The position numbers were made by a program, and so were the translations under genes. From NCBI GenBank assembly GCA_035531595.1, contig DATKSN010000114.1, positions 11,186 through 75,185 on the forward strand: a DNA stretch of 64,000 nucleotides, in the 5' to 3' direction. A model generated the notes under the pieces. That model was not told where the DNA came from. It saw only the letters and a list, made by a program, of their open reading frames with translations, and did not search any database. Positions 38,210-49,400 of this stretch are shown here, in pieces. Source of the DNA: Pirellulales bacterium. Lineage in GTDB: Bacteria; Planctomycetota; Planctomycetia; Pirellulales; JAICIG01. How positions within the stretch are numbered: position 1 is the stretch's first letter; each line of letters begins with the position of its first letter.

Positions 38210-41200
38210 CGCAAGACTCCCCCTCAAGGACTCACCCTGTGAAACCGTCCCTCTCGAAAACGGCGCTGGCCGCCCTGGCCGCCGCATTGCCGGGCTTCGC
38301 CACGTCGGCATGTGCCGGCGAAACGCAGCTCAACGGTCACACCTTCACTCTGCCGCCGGGCTTTGAAATCGTTCAGGTCGCCGGGCCGCCCTTGGTCGAC
38401 CGGCCGATTACGGCCGACTTCGACGAGCAGGGCAGGCTCTATGTGGGCGACTCGTCCGGCTCCAACGACAATGTGAAAAAACAACTGGCCGACAAGCCGC
38501 ACCGTATTGTTCGCCTTGAAGACGCCGACGGCGACGGCCGTTTCGACACCCGCACCGTCTTCGCCGAGGGAATGATGTTTCCCGAAGGGACGATGTGGCT
38601 CGACGGTTCGCTCTACGTCTCGGCCCCGCCCAGCATCTGGAAACTCACCGATACCGACGGCGACGGCAGGGCCGACGTTCGCGTGGAATGGTTCCAGGGC
38701 AAGACGCTCAACGGCTGCGCGAACGACCTGCACGGGCCTTATGCCGGGCCTGACGGCTGGATCTACTGGTGCAAGGGCGCCTTCGAGGAGCAAACCTACG
38801 ATCGCCCCGGCCGGCCGCCCCTGGTGACCCGCGCGGCGCACATCTTTCGCTGCCGGCGCGACGGATCGGGGGTCGAGCTGGTGATGACCGGTGGCATGGA
38901 TAACCCGGTCGACGTCGTCTTCACGCCCGGCGGCGAGCGGATTTTCACGACGACGTTCTTGCAGCACCCCGGCGGCGGCCTGCGCGACGGGCTGATCCAC
39001 GCCATCTACGGCGGAGTCTACGGCAAAGTCCACAGCGTGATCGAAGGCCACCCACGAACCGCTCCCGACGTGATGCCCGTCCTGGTCCATTTGGGGCCCG
39101 CAGCCCCCTGCGGCCTGACACGCTACGATTCCGACGTGTTCGGAGCGGAATACCGCGACAACCTGTTCGCCGCGGCCTTCAACATGCAGAAGATCACCCG
39201 CCACGCCCTGACGCCCGAGGGGGCAAGCTTCGCCTCGAAAAACGAGGACTTCCTGGTATCGAGCAACCACGACTTTCACCCCACCGACGTCTTGGCCGAC
39301 GCTGACGGCAGCCTGATCGTGGTCGACACAGGCGGCTGGTATAAGCTCTGCTGCCCGACCTCGCAGCTCCACAAGCCCGACCTGCTGGGGGCGATCTATC
39401 GCGTGCGGCGCACCGATGCTAAGCCGCTCGACGACCCGCGCGGGCTTCAGTTGGCGTGGGCCAACGCGAAGCCCGACGAGCTGGCCGGCCGCCTGGCCGA
39501 TCGACGGCCCGCCGCGCGACGCCGCGCCATCGAAGAGCTAGGCCGACGCGGGGAAAGCGCCGTGCCAACGCTGGCCGACGCCGCGCGGACGGCGAAATCG
39601 GCCGAGTCGCGGCGAAACGCCGTCTGGGCCGCGACGCGGATCGACGACGACGGCGCGCGCGGCGTCGCGCGCGCGGCGCTGGCCGACCAGGACGACACCG
39701 TGCGCCAGGCCGCGATTCATTCGGCCAGTGTGCGGCGCGATCATGCCGCGTTGCCTGAGCTTATTGAATTGCTTGGCGGCCCTTCGCGGCAGAACCGCCG
39801 CGCCGCCGCCGAGGCGCTGGGGCGCATTGGCGACCAGGCGGCCGTGCCGGCGCTCTTAGCCGCCGCCGGATCGGCCGCCGACCGAGCGATTGAACACTCG
39901 CTGACTTTCGCCTTGATCGAAATCGCCGACCGAAATGCCACGGCGCAGGGATTGGCGAGTTCCAACCTTCTCACCCGGCGCGCGGCGCTGGTGGCGCTCG
40001 ACCAGATGCCCGACGGCGGGCTTACCGCCGAGATCGCCGCCCCGTTCCTGGAGTCCGAAGATGCGAAGCTGAATCAAACGGCGGCCTGGATCGTGGGCCA
40101 TCATCCAGGCTGGGGCGGGGCGTTGGCTGGACATTTCCGCCGCAGGCTCGGCACTTCGGCCCTTCCGGCGGCGGAGCGAGCCGAGTTGGAGGGGCAACTG
40201 GCGCGTCTGGCCTCGGCAGTCGAGATCCAGGACTTGCTATCGGCGCGCCTGCGAGATACCACGGCCTCACGGGAAGAACGCCCGAGCGCTCTGGCGGCCA
40301 TGGCTCGGTCGGGGTTGAAGGACATCCCCGCCGGCTGGATCGCCGGCCTGGCGGAAATTCTGAGCGGCGGCGATTCCGCGCTCGTCGCGCCGGCCGTGGC
40401 CACCGTGCGAGCGCTGGGGATCGCGCCGGAGCGGGCCGGCCAGCTCAAGCCGGCATTACTGAAAATCGCCGCTGCCGCCGACGCCCCGGACGAACTGCGC
40501 GTGGCGGCGCTGGCGGCCATGCCGGGTGGACTGGCGGAGGTTTCGGCCGACGCGCTGGCCTTTCTGTTGGCCCAGCTCGACGCCGAGCGAGCCGTGAGCA
40601 CTCGCGCGGCCGCCGTGGAAGTGCTCTCGAAGGCCAGGCTGGCGCGCGAGCAATTGGACCAATTGGCCGACTCGCTCAAGATCGTCGGCCCCATGGAAAT
40701 TGATCGGCTGTTGGGGGCCTTCGAGCAATCGGGCGACGAGCAGTTTGGCGTGAAGCTGCTGTCGGCGCTGGGCGACGCGCCGGCCCTTTCGGCGTTGCGG
40801 GTTGAAACGCTCAAGCCGCGGTTGGCCAAATTCGGCCCGTCGGTCCAGAAACTGGCCGAAGCGCTTTACGCGCGGCTTGAAGTGGGTACCGCCCAGCAGA
40901 AGGCGCGACTCGAGGAATTGCTGGCGTCGTTGCCCGCCGGCGAAATCCGCCGTGGGCAGGCCGTCTTCAACGGCAAGAAGGCGGCCTGCGCCTCGTGTCA
41001 CGCGATCGGCTACCTGGGCGGCCGATTGGGGCCCGACATGACGCGCATCGGCCAGACGCGCTCCGACCGCGACCTGTTGGAGGCGATCGTCTTTCCCAGC
41101 GCCAGCTTCGTCCGCAGCTTCGAGCCGGTTTTGGTGACCACGCAAGACGGACGATCGTTCAGCGGGTTGTTGCTCAAGGACGCGTCCGACGAGATCGTGT

Positions 41201-41355
41201 TGGTCAAGTCGCCCACCGAGGAGTACCGCATTGCGCGCGACGACATCGACGAGATGTTGCCGGGCACGGTTTCCATCATGCCGCAGGGGCTTGACCAGCA
41301 GTTGTCGTTGCAGGAATTGTCGGACCTGGTGGCCTTTCTGCGGGCGTGCAAATGA
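38206..41355 (+). CDS. PVC-type heme-binding protein: membrane-bound-dehydrogenase-like beta-propeller, HEAT repeats, and a C-terminal cytochrome c
   Basis: N-terminal propeller (GRLYVGDS, DGDGRFD, DGDGRAD). HEAT-like repeats (RRRAIEELGRRG, RRAAAEALGRIG). C-terminal CASCHAIG...GPDMT heme-binding domain. Confidence 0.85.
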   Translation: MTQDSPSRTHPVKPSLSKTALAALAAALPGFATSACAGETQLNGHTFTLPPGFEIVQVAGPPLVDRPITADFDEQGRLYVGDSSGSNDNVKKQLADKPHRIVRLEDADGDGRFDTRTVFAEGMMFPEGTMWLDGSLYVSAPPSIWKLTDTDGDGRADVRVEWFQGKTLNGCANDLHGPYAGPDGWIYWCKGAFEEQTYDRPGRPPLVTRAAHIFRCRRDGSGVELVMTGGMDNPVDVVFTPGGERIFTTTFLQHPGGGLRDGLIHAIYGGVYGKVHSVIEGHPRTAPDVMPVLVHLGPAAPCGLTRYDSDVFGAEYRDNLFAAAFNMQKITRHALTPEGASFASKNEDFLVSSNHDFHPTDVLADADGSLIVVDTGGWYKLCCPTSQLHKPDLLGAIYRVRRTDAKPLDDPRGLQLAWANAKPDELAGRLADRRPAARRRAIEELGRRGESAVPTLADAARTAKSAESRRNAVWAATRIDDDGARGVARAALADQDDTVRQAAIHSASVRRDHAALPELIELLGGPSRQNRRAAAEALGRIGDQAAVPALLAAAGSAADRAIEHSLTFALIEIADRNATAQGLASSNLLTRRAALVALDQMPDGGLTAEIAAPFLESEDAKLNQTAAWIVGHHPGWGGALAGHFRRRLGTSALPAAERAELEGQLARLASAVEIQDLLSARLRDTTASREERPSALAAMARSGLKDIPAGWIAGLAEILSGGDSALVAPAVATVRALGIAPERAGQLKPALLKIAAAADAPDELRVAALAAMPGGLAEVSADALAFLLAQLDAERAVSTRAAAVEVLSKARLAREQLDQLADSLKIVGPMEIDRLLGAFEQSGDEQFGVKLLSALGDAPALSALRVETLKPRLAKFGPSVQKLAEALYARLEVGTAQQKARLEELLASLPAGEIRRGQAVFNGKKAACASCHAIGYLGGRLGPDMTRIGQTRSDRDLLEAIVFPSASFVRSFEPVLVTTQDGRSFSGLLLKDASDEIVLVKSPTEEYRIARDDIDEMLPGTVSIMPQGLDQQLSLQELSDLVAFLRACK

Positions 41356-41364
41356 TTCTTTTCA

Positions 41365-41555
41365 GAGGCCAGGGGCTTGCCCCCTGGAGTTTCACGTTGG
41401 TCTCTAGATCGAAAGCGGCCGCATTCCCGTCGTCCGTGTCGCCCCGCAGGCCGCCGAAGGCGACCTGCGGGGCGACACGGGGAAAGGCAGGTAGTCCGGG
41501 GAGCCTGCGTGTGTAGATACGAGCGTGAAACTCCAGGGGGCAAGCCCCTGGCCTC
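41365..41555. repeat. MITE-like element: perfect 32-bp terminal inverted repeats around a 127-bp core with a 15-bp-stem hairpin
   Basis: gaggccaggggcttgccccctggagtttcacg (41365-41396) is the exact reverse complement of 41524-41555. The internal hairpin is gtgtcgccccgcagg...cctgcggggcgacac (41436-41478). It lies between convergent genes. Confidence 0.8.
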
Positions 41556-41719
41556 AAAAAGATGTGTGGAACAACGAGGGCGTCAGCCCCACGAAGCTCT
41601 GCCACCAGCCACCACCTTCTCGTGACAAAACGTCTCATTCTGGGCCGCGCACAGTCTAAAGCCCTGAAGGGGCGACAGCGACCGTAGTTCGGCCGATTTC
41701 GCGCGGTTACAAGGTACTC

Positions 41720-42904
41720 TCAAATTCCCAACTCGGTCTTCACTGCCGCGAAGGCCTCGATCGCCGTCTGCAGATCGTCGCGCGTGTGCGCCGCCGAGAC
41801 TTGCGCGCGGATCCGCGCCTTGCCTTGCGGCACGACGGGGTACGAGAAACCGACGACATAGACGCCGCGCTCGAGCATCCGCTCGGCCATCCGCGCCGCC
41901 AGCGCCGCTTCGCCGAGCATGATCGGTACGATCGGGTGTTCTCCCGCGACGATGTTGAAGCCGCGCCGCGTCATTCCGGCACGGAAGAAGCGCGCGTTTT
42001 CATGGAGCTTGTCGCGCAGCGCCGTCGAGCGCCCCAAGAGATCGAGCGCGGCCAGCGACGCGCCGACGATCGGCGGCGGCAACGTGTTGGAAAACAGGTA
42101 GGGCCGTGAGCGCTGCCGCAGAAACTGGACGATCTCGGCGCGGCCACTGGTGAACCCGCCACTGCCGCCCCCCAGCGCCTTGCCCAAGGTGCCGGTGATC
42201 ACGTCGATGCGGCCCATCACGCCGTGGTGCTCGTGCGTGCCGCGCCCGCGCGGGCCCATGAAGCCCAGCGCGTGCGAATCGTCGACCATCACCAAGGCGT
42301 CGTACTTGTCGGCCAGTTGGCAGATCGCCGGCAGGTTCGCCGGCGTGCCGTCCATCGAGAAGACGCCGTCGGTGGCGATCATGCGGAAGCGGGTCGCGCG
42401 GGCTTCTTGCAACCGTGCCTCCAGGTCGGCCATGTCATGGTTGCGGTAGCGGAACCGTTGCGCCTTCGAGAGCCGAACGCCGTCGATGATCGAGGCGTGG
42501 TTCAACTCGTCGGAGATCACCGCGTCGTCGCCTCCCAGCAACGTCTCGAACAGCCCGCCATTGGCGTCGAAACAGGAGGAATAAAGGATCGTATCGTCGG
42601 TGCCGATAAACTCGGACAATCTTCGCTCGAGATCCTTGTGCGGCTGTTGTGTGCCGCAGATGAACCGAACCGAGGCCAGGCCGTAGCCCCAGCGATCGAG
42701 CGCCTGATGGGCGGCCGCGACGATCTCGGGGTGATCGGCCAGTCCCAAGTAATTGTTGGCGCACATGTTGAGCACGTCGGCGCGGCCTTCGGCGCCGACA
42801 TGGGCGCTCTGCGGCGTTGAAAGCACGCGTTCGCCCTTGAACGTGCCCGCCACGCGGATCTCGTCGAGTTGCCTGGTCAGGTGTTGTTGGAAGGAGATAA
42901 CCAT
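41720..42904 (-). CDS. kbl: Glycine C-acetyltransferase (2-amino-3-ketobutyrate CoA ligase)
   Basis: Colinear with E. coli Kbl as I recall it: [65 protein letters not shown]. Confidence 0.95.
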   Translation of the reverse strand: MVISFQQHLTRQLDEIRVAGTFKGERVLSTPQSAHVGAEGRADVLNMCANNYLGLADHPEIVAAAHQALDRWGYGLASVRFICGTQQPHKDLERRLSEFIGTDDTILYSSCFDANGGLFETLLGGDDAVISDELNHASIIDGVRLSKAQRFRYRNHDMADLEARLQEARATRFRMIATDGVFSMDGTPANLPAICQLADKYDALVMVDDSHALGFMGPRGRGTHEHHGVMGRIDVITGTLGKALGGGSGGFTSGRAEIVQFLRQRSRPYLFSNTLPPPIVGASLAALDLLGRSTALRDKLHENARFFRAGMTRRGFNIVAGEHPIVPIMLGEAALAARMAERMLERGVYVVGFSYPVVPQGKARIRAQVSAAHTRDDLQTAIEAFAAVKTELGI

Positions 42905-42962
42905 CGCTGTGGAGGATCAGGGTTCGGGGTTCCCGGTTCAGGGTTCAGGCGTTCCGTCCCCG

Positions 42963-44003
42963 CTACCCTTCATTCCAGGTCAAAATCACTTTGCCCGACT
43001 GGCCCGAAAGCATCGCGTCGAAGCCCTGCTGGAACTCGGCGGCCGGGAAACGGTGGGTAATGACCGGGCTGATGTCCAGGCCCGATTCGAGCATGACGGT
43101 CATCTTGTACCAGGTCTCGTACATCTCGCGGCCGTAGATGCCCCGGATCGTGAGCATGTTGAACACGACCGTCGTCCAATCGATGGCCATTTCCGAGCTC
43201 AGGATGCCGAGCATCGCGATCTTGCCTCCGTGACACATGTTGGCCAGCATCTCGCGGAAGGCGGCGGGGTTGCCGGACATCTCCAAACCGACGTCGAACC
43301 CCTCCTTCATGCCCAGCTTCTCCTGGGCCTGGGCGAGCGTGCCGCCGCGAACGTCGAGCGCGAGCGTGACGCCCATCCGGCGGGCCAATTCCAGCCGGTA
43401 CGGATTGACGTCGGTAATCACGACGTGCCGCGCGCCGGCATGGCGGACCACCGCGGCGGCCATGACGCCGATCGGACCGGCGCCGGTAATCAGCACGTCC
43501 TCGCCCAGCACGTCGAACGAGAGCGCCGTGTGGACCGCGTTGCCGAAAGGATCGAAGATCGACTGCACGTCGCGCGGGATCGCCGGATCGTGGACCCAGA
43601 CGTTGGTCATGGGCAGCGCCAGATACTCGGCGAAAGCGCCGGGCCGGTTGACGCCGACTCCTTGGGTGTCCTTGCAGAGGTGGCGGCGGCCGGCCAGGCA
43701 GTTGCGGCAGTGGCCGCAGACGACGTGCCCCTCGCCGCTGACGACGTCTCCGGGCTGGAAGTCCTTGACGTTCGAGCCGACCTCGACGATCCGGCCCACG
43801 AACTCGTGCCCCACGACCATGGGCACGGGGATCGTGCGCCGGGCCCAGGCGTCCCATTGGTGAATGTGGACGTCGGTGCCGCAGATGCCGGTGCGGAGCA
43901 CCTGGATCAGCACGTCGTTGACGCCGAAATCGGGGACGGGCACATCGTCGAGCCACAAGCCCGGCTCCGGGCGCCGCTTGACCAAGGCGCGCATTGTTTT
44001 CAT
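42963..44003 (-). CDS. tdh: L-threonine 3-dehydrogenase
   Basis: [38 protein letters not shown] closely matches the Tdh zinc-ADH signature. Start set at MKTMRALV. It lies upstream of kbl on the same strand. Confidence 0.95.
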   Translation of the reverse strand: MKTMRALVKRRPEPGLWLDDVPVPDFGVNDVLIQVLRTGICGTDVHIHQWDAWARRTIPVPMVVGHEFVGRIVEVGSNVKDFQPGDVVSGEGHVVCGHCRNCLAGRRHLCKDTQGVGVNRPGAFAEYLALPMTNVWVHDPAIPRDVQSIFDPFGNAVHTALSFDVLGEDVLITGAGPIGVMAAAVVRHAGARHVVITDVNPYRLELARRMGVTLALDVRGGTLAQAQEKLGMKEGFDVGLEMSGNPAAFREMLANMCHGGKIAMLGILSSEMAIDWTTVVFNMLTIRGIYGREMYETWYKMTVMLESGLDISPVITHRFPAAEFQQGFDAMLSGQSGKVILTWNEG

Positions 44004-44119
44004 CAGAACGTAGTCCCCAACGCCCAAGTTCCAACGCCCAACGCCGCCCGACCGGCAGTTCATTGTAACGTGCCGGCCCGCTTGACTCCAAGGGTGGTCG
44101 GGACGACAATCCTCGCCTT

Positions 44120-44569
44120 ATGCCCGCCATCTTTGAATTCCCGCACGTCGTGACTGCCGACGAGATCGACGCCCTGGGGCACGCCAACAACCTCTGTTAC
44201 TTGAACTGGATGCAGGCGGCGGCCTTGGCCCACTCCGCGGCGCAAGGATGGCCCGCGGAGGCTTACCAGCGGTTGGGGCTGGGCTGGGTGGTGCGCCGGC
44301 ACGAGATCACCTACGAGCGGCCGGCGTTCGAGGGAGACGCCATCGTCGCCCGAACTTGGGTGGCCGGATTCAGGAGGGCCAGCTCGGTACGGCGCTACGA
44401 CATGCTCCGCGCCGGCGACGGCAAGCGGCTGGCGACGGCGGCGACCTGCTGGGCGTTTGTCAACTACGCCACGGGGCTGCCCACCCGCGTGCCGCCGGAA
44501 ATCGTCGAGTCGTTCGTGCTGGTCGAGGATGCGGCGTCGTTTCCCTCATCGCCGGCCAGGTTTTCCTAA
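44120..44569 (+). CDS. Acyl-CoA thioesterase, 4HBT/YbgC-like hotdog fold
   Basis: VTADEIDALGHANNLCYLNWMQAAALAHS...GLGWVVRRHEITYERPAFEGD is the typical 4HBT pattern. Confidence 0.85.
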   Translation: MPAIFEFPHVVTADEIDALGHANNLCYLNWMQAAALAHSAAQGWPAEAYQRLGLGWVVRRHEITYERPAFEGDAIVARTWVAGFRRASSVRRYDMLRAGDGKRLATAATCWAFVNYATGLPTRVPPEIVESFVLVEDAASFPSSPARFS

Positions 44570-44623
44570 CCCTTTTTGGGTGGTCCGCAGTCCAAAATTC
44601 TTTTCCACCGCGGCGGAAAATTG

Positions 44624-44653
44624 TTGACATCCGGCCGCCCGGTCTGGTATAAA
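44624..44653 (+). promoter_or_regulatory. Sigma-70-like promoter: TTGACA, 18 nt, TATAAA
   Basis: ttgacatccggccgcccggtctggtataaa has a consensus -35 and a 5/6 match to the -10. It sits in an otherwise GC-rich intergenic region. Confidence 0.55.
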
Positions 44654-44659
44654 TACAGT

Positions 44660-44858
44660 TGTGGGTTGGCCCTACGGCCAACGTCCGAACTGAAACCTCG
44701 GATACGGAGTGCTGCAATGCAAGATCCACCTGGTTTGGTTCTCTGAGGGGCGGCCCGTCAGGCTGTTCCTCGCACGGCTTTGTCGTACGAGTTTCCGTCA
44801 CATTCACTCTGGATAAAGAACGACCTGCCTTGCCATCCGGCAAGGCAGGTTTGTTTTT
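44660..44858 (+). ncRNA. Candidate ~200-nt small RNA or leader of unknown class
   Basis: Bounded by the promoter above and a textbook intrinsic terminator. Internal hairpins are present (gttggcc-ctac-ggccaac; tccga...tcgga). The only ORF crossing it runs through the terminator and has poor composition. Confidence 0.45.
44824..44858 (+). terminator. Rho-independent terminator
   Basis: cctgccttgcc-atcc-ggcaaggcagg (11-bp perfect stem, 4-nt loop) followed by tttgttttt. Confidence 0.75.
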
Positions 44859-45107
44859 GCGCCCTGGGGGCGCAGTGGCGCCGACCGCGCCGTAGCCCGC
44901 GACAGCCGATAGCAACAGCCGGTCGGCACTATGTTCGCGCTCGCGAAAAATGCCGAGGCGGCCCCTTGACGGTCGCCATAAAACGGGCAAGATGATTTGC
45001 TGATCGGGCGGCCGAAAGTTGGTTGCAGTCAATCACTTGCGCCGGCAGTTTTGTCTCGCCCGAGCAACGCTGGATCGGCTCATTCCCGAGCCAATGGCGC
45101 GTACGCG

Positions 45108-45908
45108 ATGAGGCAACTGGTGCAGGCAGCGATTCTATTCCCCGAAACGCTGGGCTTCCGCGACGGCTCCGCCAGCGTTCATACCAGCCGCACGATGATG
45201 CTGGATGAGCTATCGCTCGTGATCGAAAAAGTTGGCCCGGCCGCAAGGGCCAACGACTACGTTGCGGCCATCGTTGAGGAAAATGCGTTGGGCAAGCCGA
45301 CCCAGAGCACCCGTCAGCGGACTGCCAAACGACTCAGGGAGCTTTACGCCTTGGACCCGCGCTGCACCCTGTTTCGTCGGCTACGCCATTTTTGGACGGG
45401 CGTGCCGGCTGGCCGCCCGATGCTGGCTTTCCTGGCGGCTGCTGCGCGTGATCCACTCCTGCGAGAAACAACCCCATTCATGCTCTCCCTTCGGGAAGGG
45501 GAAAGCGTCGACGCTGGTGAGATCTCCGAGCACCTGCGGCAAGCGTATCCTGCTCGGTTCGCCGCGACCACTCTTCACTCCACGGCACAGAACCTCGCGT
45601 CGACTTGGACCCAGGCGGGCTATCTGCGCGGTAAGGTCAAGAAGTGTCGGTCGCACCCTCATGTGCCCCCCGTCGTGGCGGCATTCGCCGTCCTTCTCGG
45701 CTATCTTTGTGGCTTGCGGGGGAAGCTGCTCTTGGACTCGACGTGGACGCGGCTGTTGGATCGGTCTCCCGTCGCCCTGTCGGACCTCATGATCGAAGCC
45801 TCGCGCCAGGGCTGGCTCAATTATAAGGCGGCCGGCAACGTCGTCGAGATCACGTTCCCTGGCCTGTTGAAGCCACCGGAAGAGAAGGCCGCCGATGAGC
45901 AGAATTGA
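45108..45908 (+). CDS. brxA: BREX protein BrxA (DUF1819-like)
   Basis: Sits immediately upstream of brxB and overlaps it. IVEENALGKPTQSTRQRTAKRLRELYALDP fits my recollection of the DUF1819 pattern. The start is uncertain (ATG 45108 chosen), and it is longer than a typical BrxA. Confidence 0.7.
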   Translation: MRQLVQAAILFPETLGFRDGSASVHTSRTMMLDELSLVIEKVGPAARANDYVAAIVEENALGKPTQSTRQRTAKRLRELYALDPRCTLFRRLRHFWTGVPAGRPMLAFLAAAARDPLLRETTPFMLSLREGESVDAGEISEHLRQAYPARFAATTLHSTAQNLASTWTQAGYLRGKVKKCRSHPHVPPVVAAFAVLLGYLCGLRGKLLLDSTWTRLLDRSPVALSDLMIEASRQGWLNYKAAGNVVEITFPGLLKPPEEKAADEQN

Positions 45909-46467
45909 TTTATTGCGCAAAAACTACCAACGGATTTGCCGCCTGCCGTGGGATCACAACACCGCCGGCCCGCAACGGGTTTGGCTGGCGGTTTACGACA
46001 AGGAAGACGAACGCAAGCTGCGATTGCGACTTGGCCTGTTCAGGGAAGCCACGGAACAGGCGGGCCACCACTGGCACGCCTTCGATTGCACCGACGCTTT
46101 TGCCGACTGGCTCGCCAATCCCCCCTATTCCGACTACGCCGAAAGTTACTTCGAGTCGCCGCCTCGGCTGGGAACCGCTCCGCTTGCCGCCTTCAAAAAG
46201 TCATTGGCTGCGGATCTGTCGAAAAGGCTTCAATCCGTCGAGGCGCCCGAAGATACCGTGGTTGCCGTCTATGGGGTGGCGTCCTTGTTCGGGTTCCTGC
46301 GGATTTCCGAGCTCCTGCCTTTGGTCGAGGACCACATTCGCGGACGGCTTCTGGTCTTCTTCCCCGGCGTTTATGAACAAGACAACTACCGCCTGCTCGA
46401 CGCGCGCGATGGCTGGAATTATCACGCGGTGCCGATCACGGCCGGCGAAGGGGAGCTTCACCGATGA
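45895..46467 (+). CDS. brxB: BREX protein BrxB (DUF1788)
   Basis: VWLAVYDKEDERKLRLRL...LFGFLRISELL...GRLLVFFPGVYEQDNYRLLDARDGWNYHAVPIT is the DUF1788 signature. It overlaps brxA by 14 nt and brxC by ATGA. Confidence 0.9.
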   Translation: MSRIDLLRKNYQRICRLPWDHNTAGPQRVWLAVYDKEDERKLRLRLGLFREATEQAGHHWHAFDCTDAFADWLANPPYSDYAESYFESPPRLGTAPLAAFKKSLAADLSKRLQSVEAPEDTVVAVYGVASLFGFLRISELLPLVEDHIRGRLLVFFPGVYEQDNYRLLDARDGWNYHAVPITAGEGELHR

Positions 46468-49400
46468 TGAACCGAGAGGTCTACGAGAAAGATCCCCGCA
46501 CCAATACTCTACTGAACCAGGGCGTGGTCAAGGTGACCTGCGGGTACTCCGAGCAGGAGTTGAAGACGCTTCGTTGGGAAATTGAGAACTTCGTTTGCCG
46601 AGACCAGTACGAGAACGGCGTGGACCGCATCCTGTCCACCTACTTGGCCAACCTCGATCAACCTGAGCAACCGGGTGTTTGGGTCAGTGGTTTTTACGGT
46701 TCCGGAAAAGGGCATCTGGTCAAGGTACTGCAACACCTTTGGATCGACTTCGAGTTCCCCGATGGAGCCAAGGCCCGCGGCCTCGCCAAGCTGCCGACGA
46801 ATACCCATGACTACTTCAAGGAGCTGACGACGGCGGCGAAGCGTCTTGGCGGCCTGCATGCCGCCGCCGGAACCCTGGGGTCCGGCGCGTGCGAGAGCGT
46901 CCGCCTCGATCTCTTGAGCATCATCTTTCAGTCGCTCTCGCTGCCCGGCGAGTTTCGCACCGCGAATTTCGTGCTGTGGCTTCGTGACGAGGGCTTGGAA
47001 GAGGCCGTGATGGCGGCCATCGCCAAATCCGGGCTGGACAAGGACGCAACCCTGGCGAACTTCTACGTTTCGGATCCCATTGCCAAGGCGATCTTGAAGG
47101 AGCGTTCCGATTTCGCCAACAAGCCCGGCGATGTCAAGCTGCTGCTGGAGAAGCAGTTCCCTGAAAAGATGGACGTTTCCATCGACGAGATGATCGCCAA
47201 GATCAAACAGGCCCTCGGTAGTCATCACGCTCCGCGTGATGGAAACTCCGGCAAGAAAGGCAAACTCCCCTGCACGCTGATCGTGCTGGACGAGGTTCAG
47301 CAGTACATCGGCGACAGCGTGGACCGCTCCAAGGCGGTGCAGGATGTACAGGAGCAGTGCTGTGCCCGGCTGGGCGCCAACGTGATGTTCGTCGCCACGG
47401 GTCAGAACGCATTGTCCGGCACGCCGCTGTTGCAACGCCTCCAAGGGCGGTTCCCAATCCCGATCGAATTGCACGACACCGACGCGGACCAGGTCACCCG
47501 CGAGCTCGTCCTCAAGAAAAAGCCGTCCACGGAGCCGACAATCAAGAAACTCGTCGAAGACCATAGCGGCGAGATCGAGCGGCAACTGGCTGGCACGACG
47601 ATTGCCTTCAACTCCCGCGACAGGCAGTTGCTCGTAAAGGATTATCCGATCTTGCCCGTGCGGCGGCGATTGTGGGAGCGGGTATTGCGCGCCGTCGACA
47701 AGGCAGGGACAGGCGCCCAGCTTCGCACCCAACTTTGGATTGTCTACGACGCCGTACAAAAGACCGCCGATCTTCCGCTCGGCAACGTGGTCAGCGGGGC
47801 TTTCTTGTTCGAGCACATCAAGACCAAGGTGCTGCAATCGGGTGTCCTGCTGCAAGAGATCTCGGAAACCATTGCTCGCCAGAAGCAGGAAGACGAGGGC
47901 GAGCTTCGCTACCAACTGTGCGCATTGATCTTCCTGATCGGGCAGTTGCCGCACAACAAAGAACCGCTTGACGCGGGCATTCGTGCCAACGCGGAGACGC
48001 TCGCCGACCTGCTCGTCACCGATCTGACCACCAGCAGTGCCGGACTTCGCAAGACGGTCCCCGAACTCTTGGAGAAGTTGGTCGCGTCCGGGGCCGTCAT
48101 GCAGGTCGACGACGAATACCGGATGCAGACCCGCGAAGGCAGCGAGTGGAACCAGGCGTTTCAAGAGGCCCGCAACAAGCTGATCGCCGATGCCGGCAAA
48201 TTGGCCGGCGAGCGGTCGCAACTGCTCAAGACGCAGTGCGGCGAGATCCTCAAGAAGTCGAAACTGCTGCATGGCACCAGCAAGGAAGCCCGCAAATTCG
48301 AGCTTCACTTCGGGGCGGATGCTCCGGACACAAGCGGTTCCACTGTGCCCGTCTGGATTCGCGATGGTTGGGAGGTCCAGGAGAAGACGGTCGTCAGCGA
48401 TGCCCGTGCCGCGGGCGACTCCGCCGCCGTGGTCTATGGGTTCGTCAAGCCGACGAAGTCCGAGGAGCTCAAACACGCGATCGCCAGTCACTACGCCGCG
48501 ACCGCCACGCTCAATGCCAAGGGTACGCCCTCGACGCCGGAAGGGATCGAGGCGCGAAAGGCGATGGAAACCCGCCTGGAGCAGGCCGAAGGAACCCGCA
48601 ATGGTCTGATCGAAGAGATCCTCAACGAAACCGCCATTTACACCGCCGGGGGCGAGGTGGTCAACGGAATCCTGCTCGAAGGCAAAGTCCAGGACGCCGC
48701 AAGAGCGTGCCTCGACAGGCTCTTCCCGCGGTTTCAACTGGGCGACTCACCCGACTGGCACAAGGTTATCGAACGTGCCAAAAAGGGGGACGGCGACGCC
48801 CTGGAGGCCATGGGTCACAAAGGCGACCCCGAGAACCACGCCGTCTGCAAGGCGGTCATCGACTACGTCGGCAGCGGCAAAAAGGGTACCGATGTTCGCA
48901 AGCAATTCGCCGGGCCGCCCTGCGGCTGGCCGCAGGACGCCATCGACGCCGCCCTGATCGTCTTGGCCAACGGCGGCGTTTTGCAAGCGCGCAGCGGCAA
49001 CGAGCCCATCGCCAAGGGCAAACTCGACCAGAAGAATATGACCGGTGCCGAGTTTCGTACCGAATCGGTGAAGCTCACCACCCAAGAATTTGTTGCCATC
49101 AGAGGCGTCTACAAGAAAGTTGGCTTGAACAGTTCATCGGGCCAGGAGTCATTGCACGCGCCGGAGTTCCTCAGCCGCGTCCATCGCCTCGCCGAGGATG
49201 CCGGGGGTGACGCTCCGCTGCCCAAACGCCCCGAGACTCGCCATTTGCTCGACATGGCCAACCGTGTCGGCAACGACCAACTCAAGGCCATCTACGACAA
49301 TAAGGATCGCTTGACGCAGGAGATCGCCGACTGGCAGAAGCGCAAGGATCTGATCGCGAAGCGCGAGCCGCACTGGAAGGAGCTAACAGCGCTGTTGGTC

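Noticed and set aside
44660-44858. Attempts to assign the candidate RNA to a known class (6S, tmRNA, SRP/4.5S, RNase P, TPP or cobalamin riboswitch)
   Set aside because: I could find none of the diagnostic motifs by eye: no tmRNA tag ORF or T-arm, no SRP GGAA/AGCA domain IV motif, no RNase P GGAAAGUCC, and no paired CUGAGA / CUGGAUAAUGCCAG TPP arms. Its class remains unknown, and an Infernal scan is needed.
44659-44895. 78-aa ORF overlapping the candidate sRNA
   Set aside because: It needs a GTG start at the transcription start region, reads straight through the intrinsic terminator hairpin, and has an implausible composition.
46509-48737. 742-aa minus-strand ORF antisense to brxC. Similar cases are the 704-aa ORF at 60162-62276 antisense to brxL, the 525-aa ORF at 10847-12424 antisense to copA, and the 464-aa alternate-frame ORF at 23903-25297.
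   Set aside because: All overlap genes with clear family signatures and have degenerate Arg/Gly/Leu/Asp-rich sequences. None has independent support.
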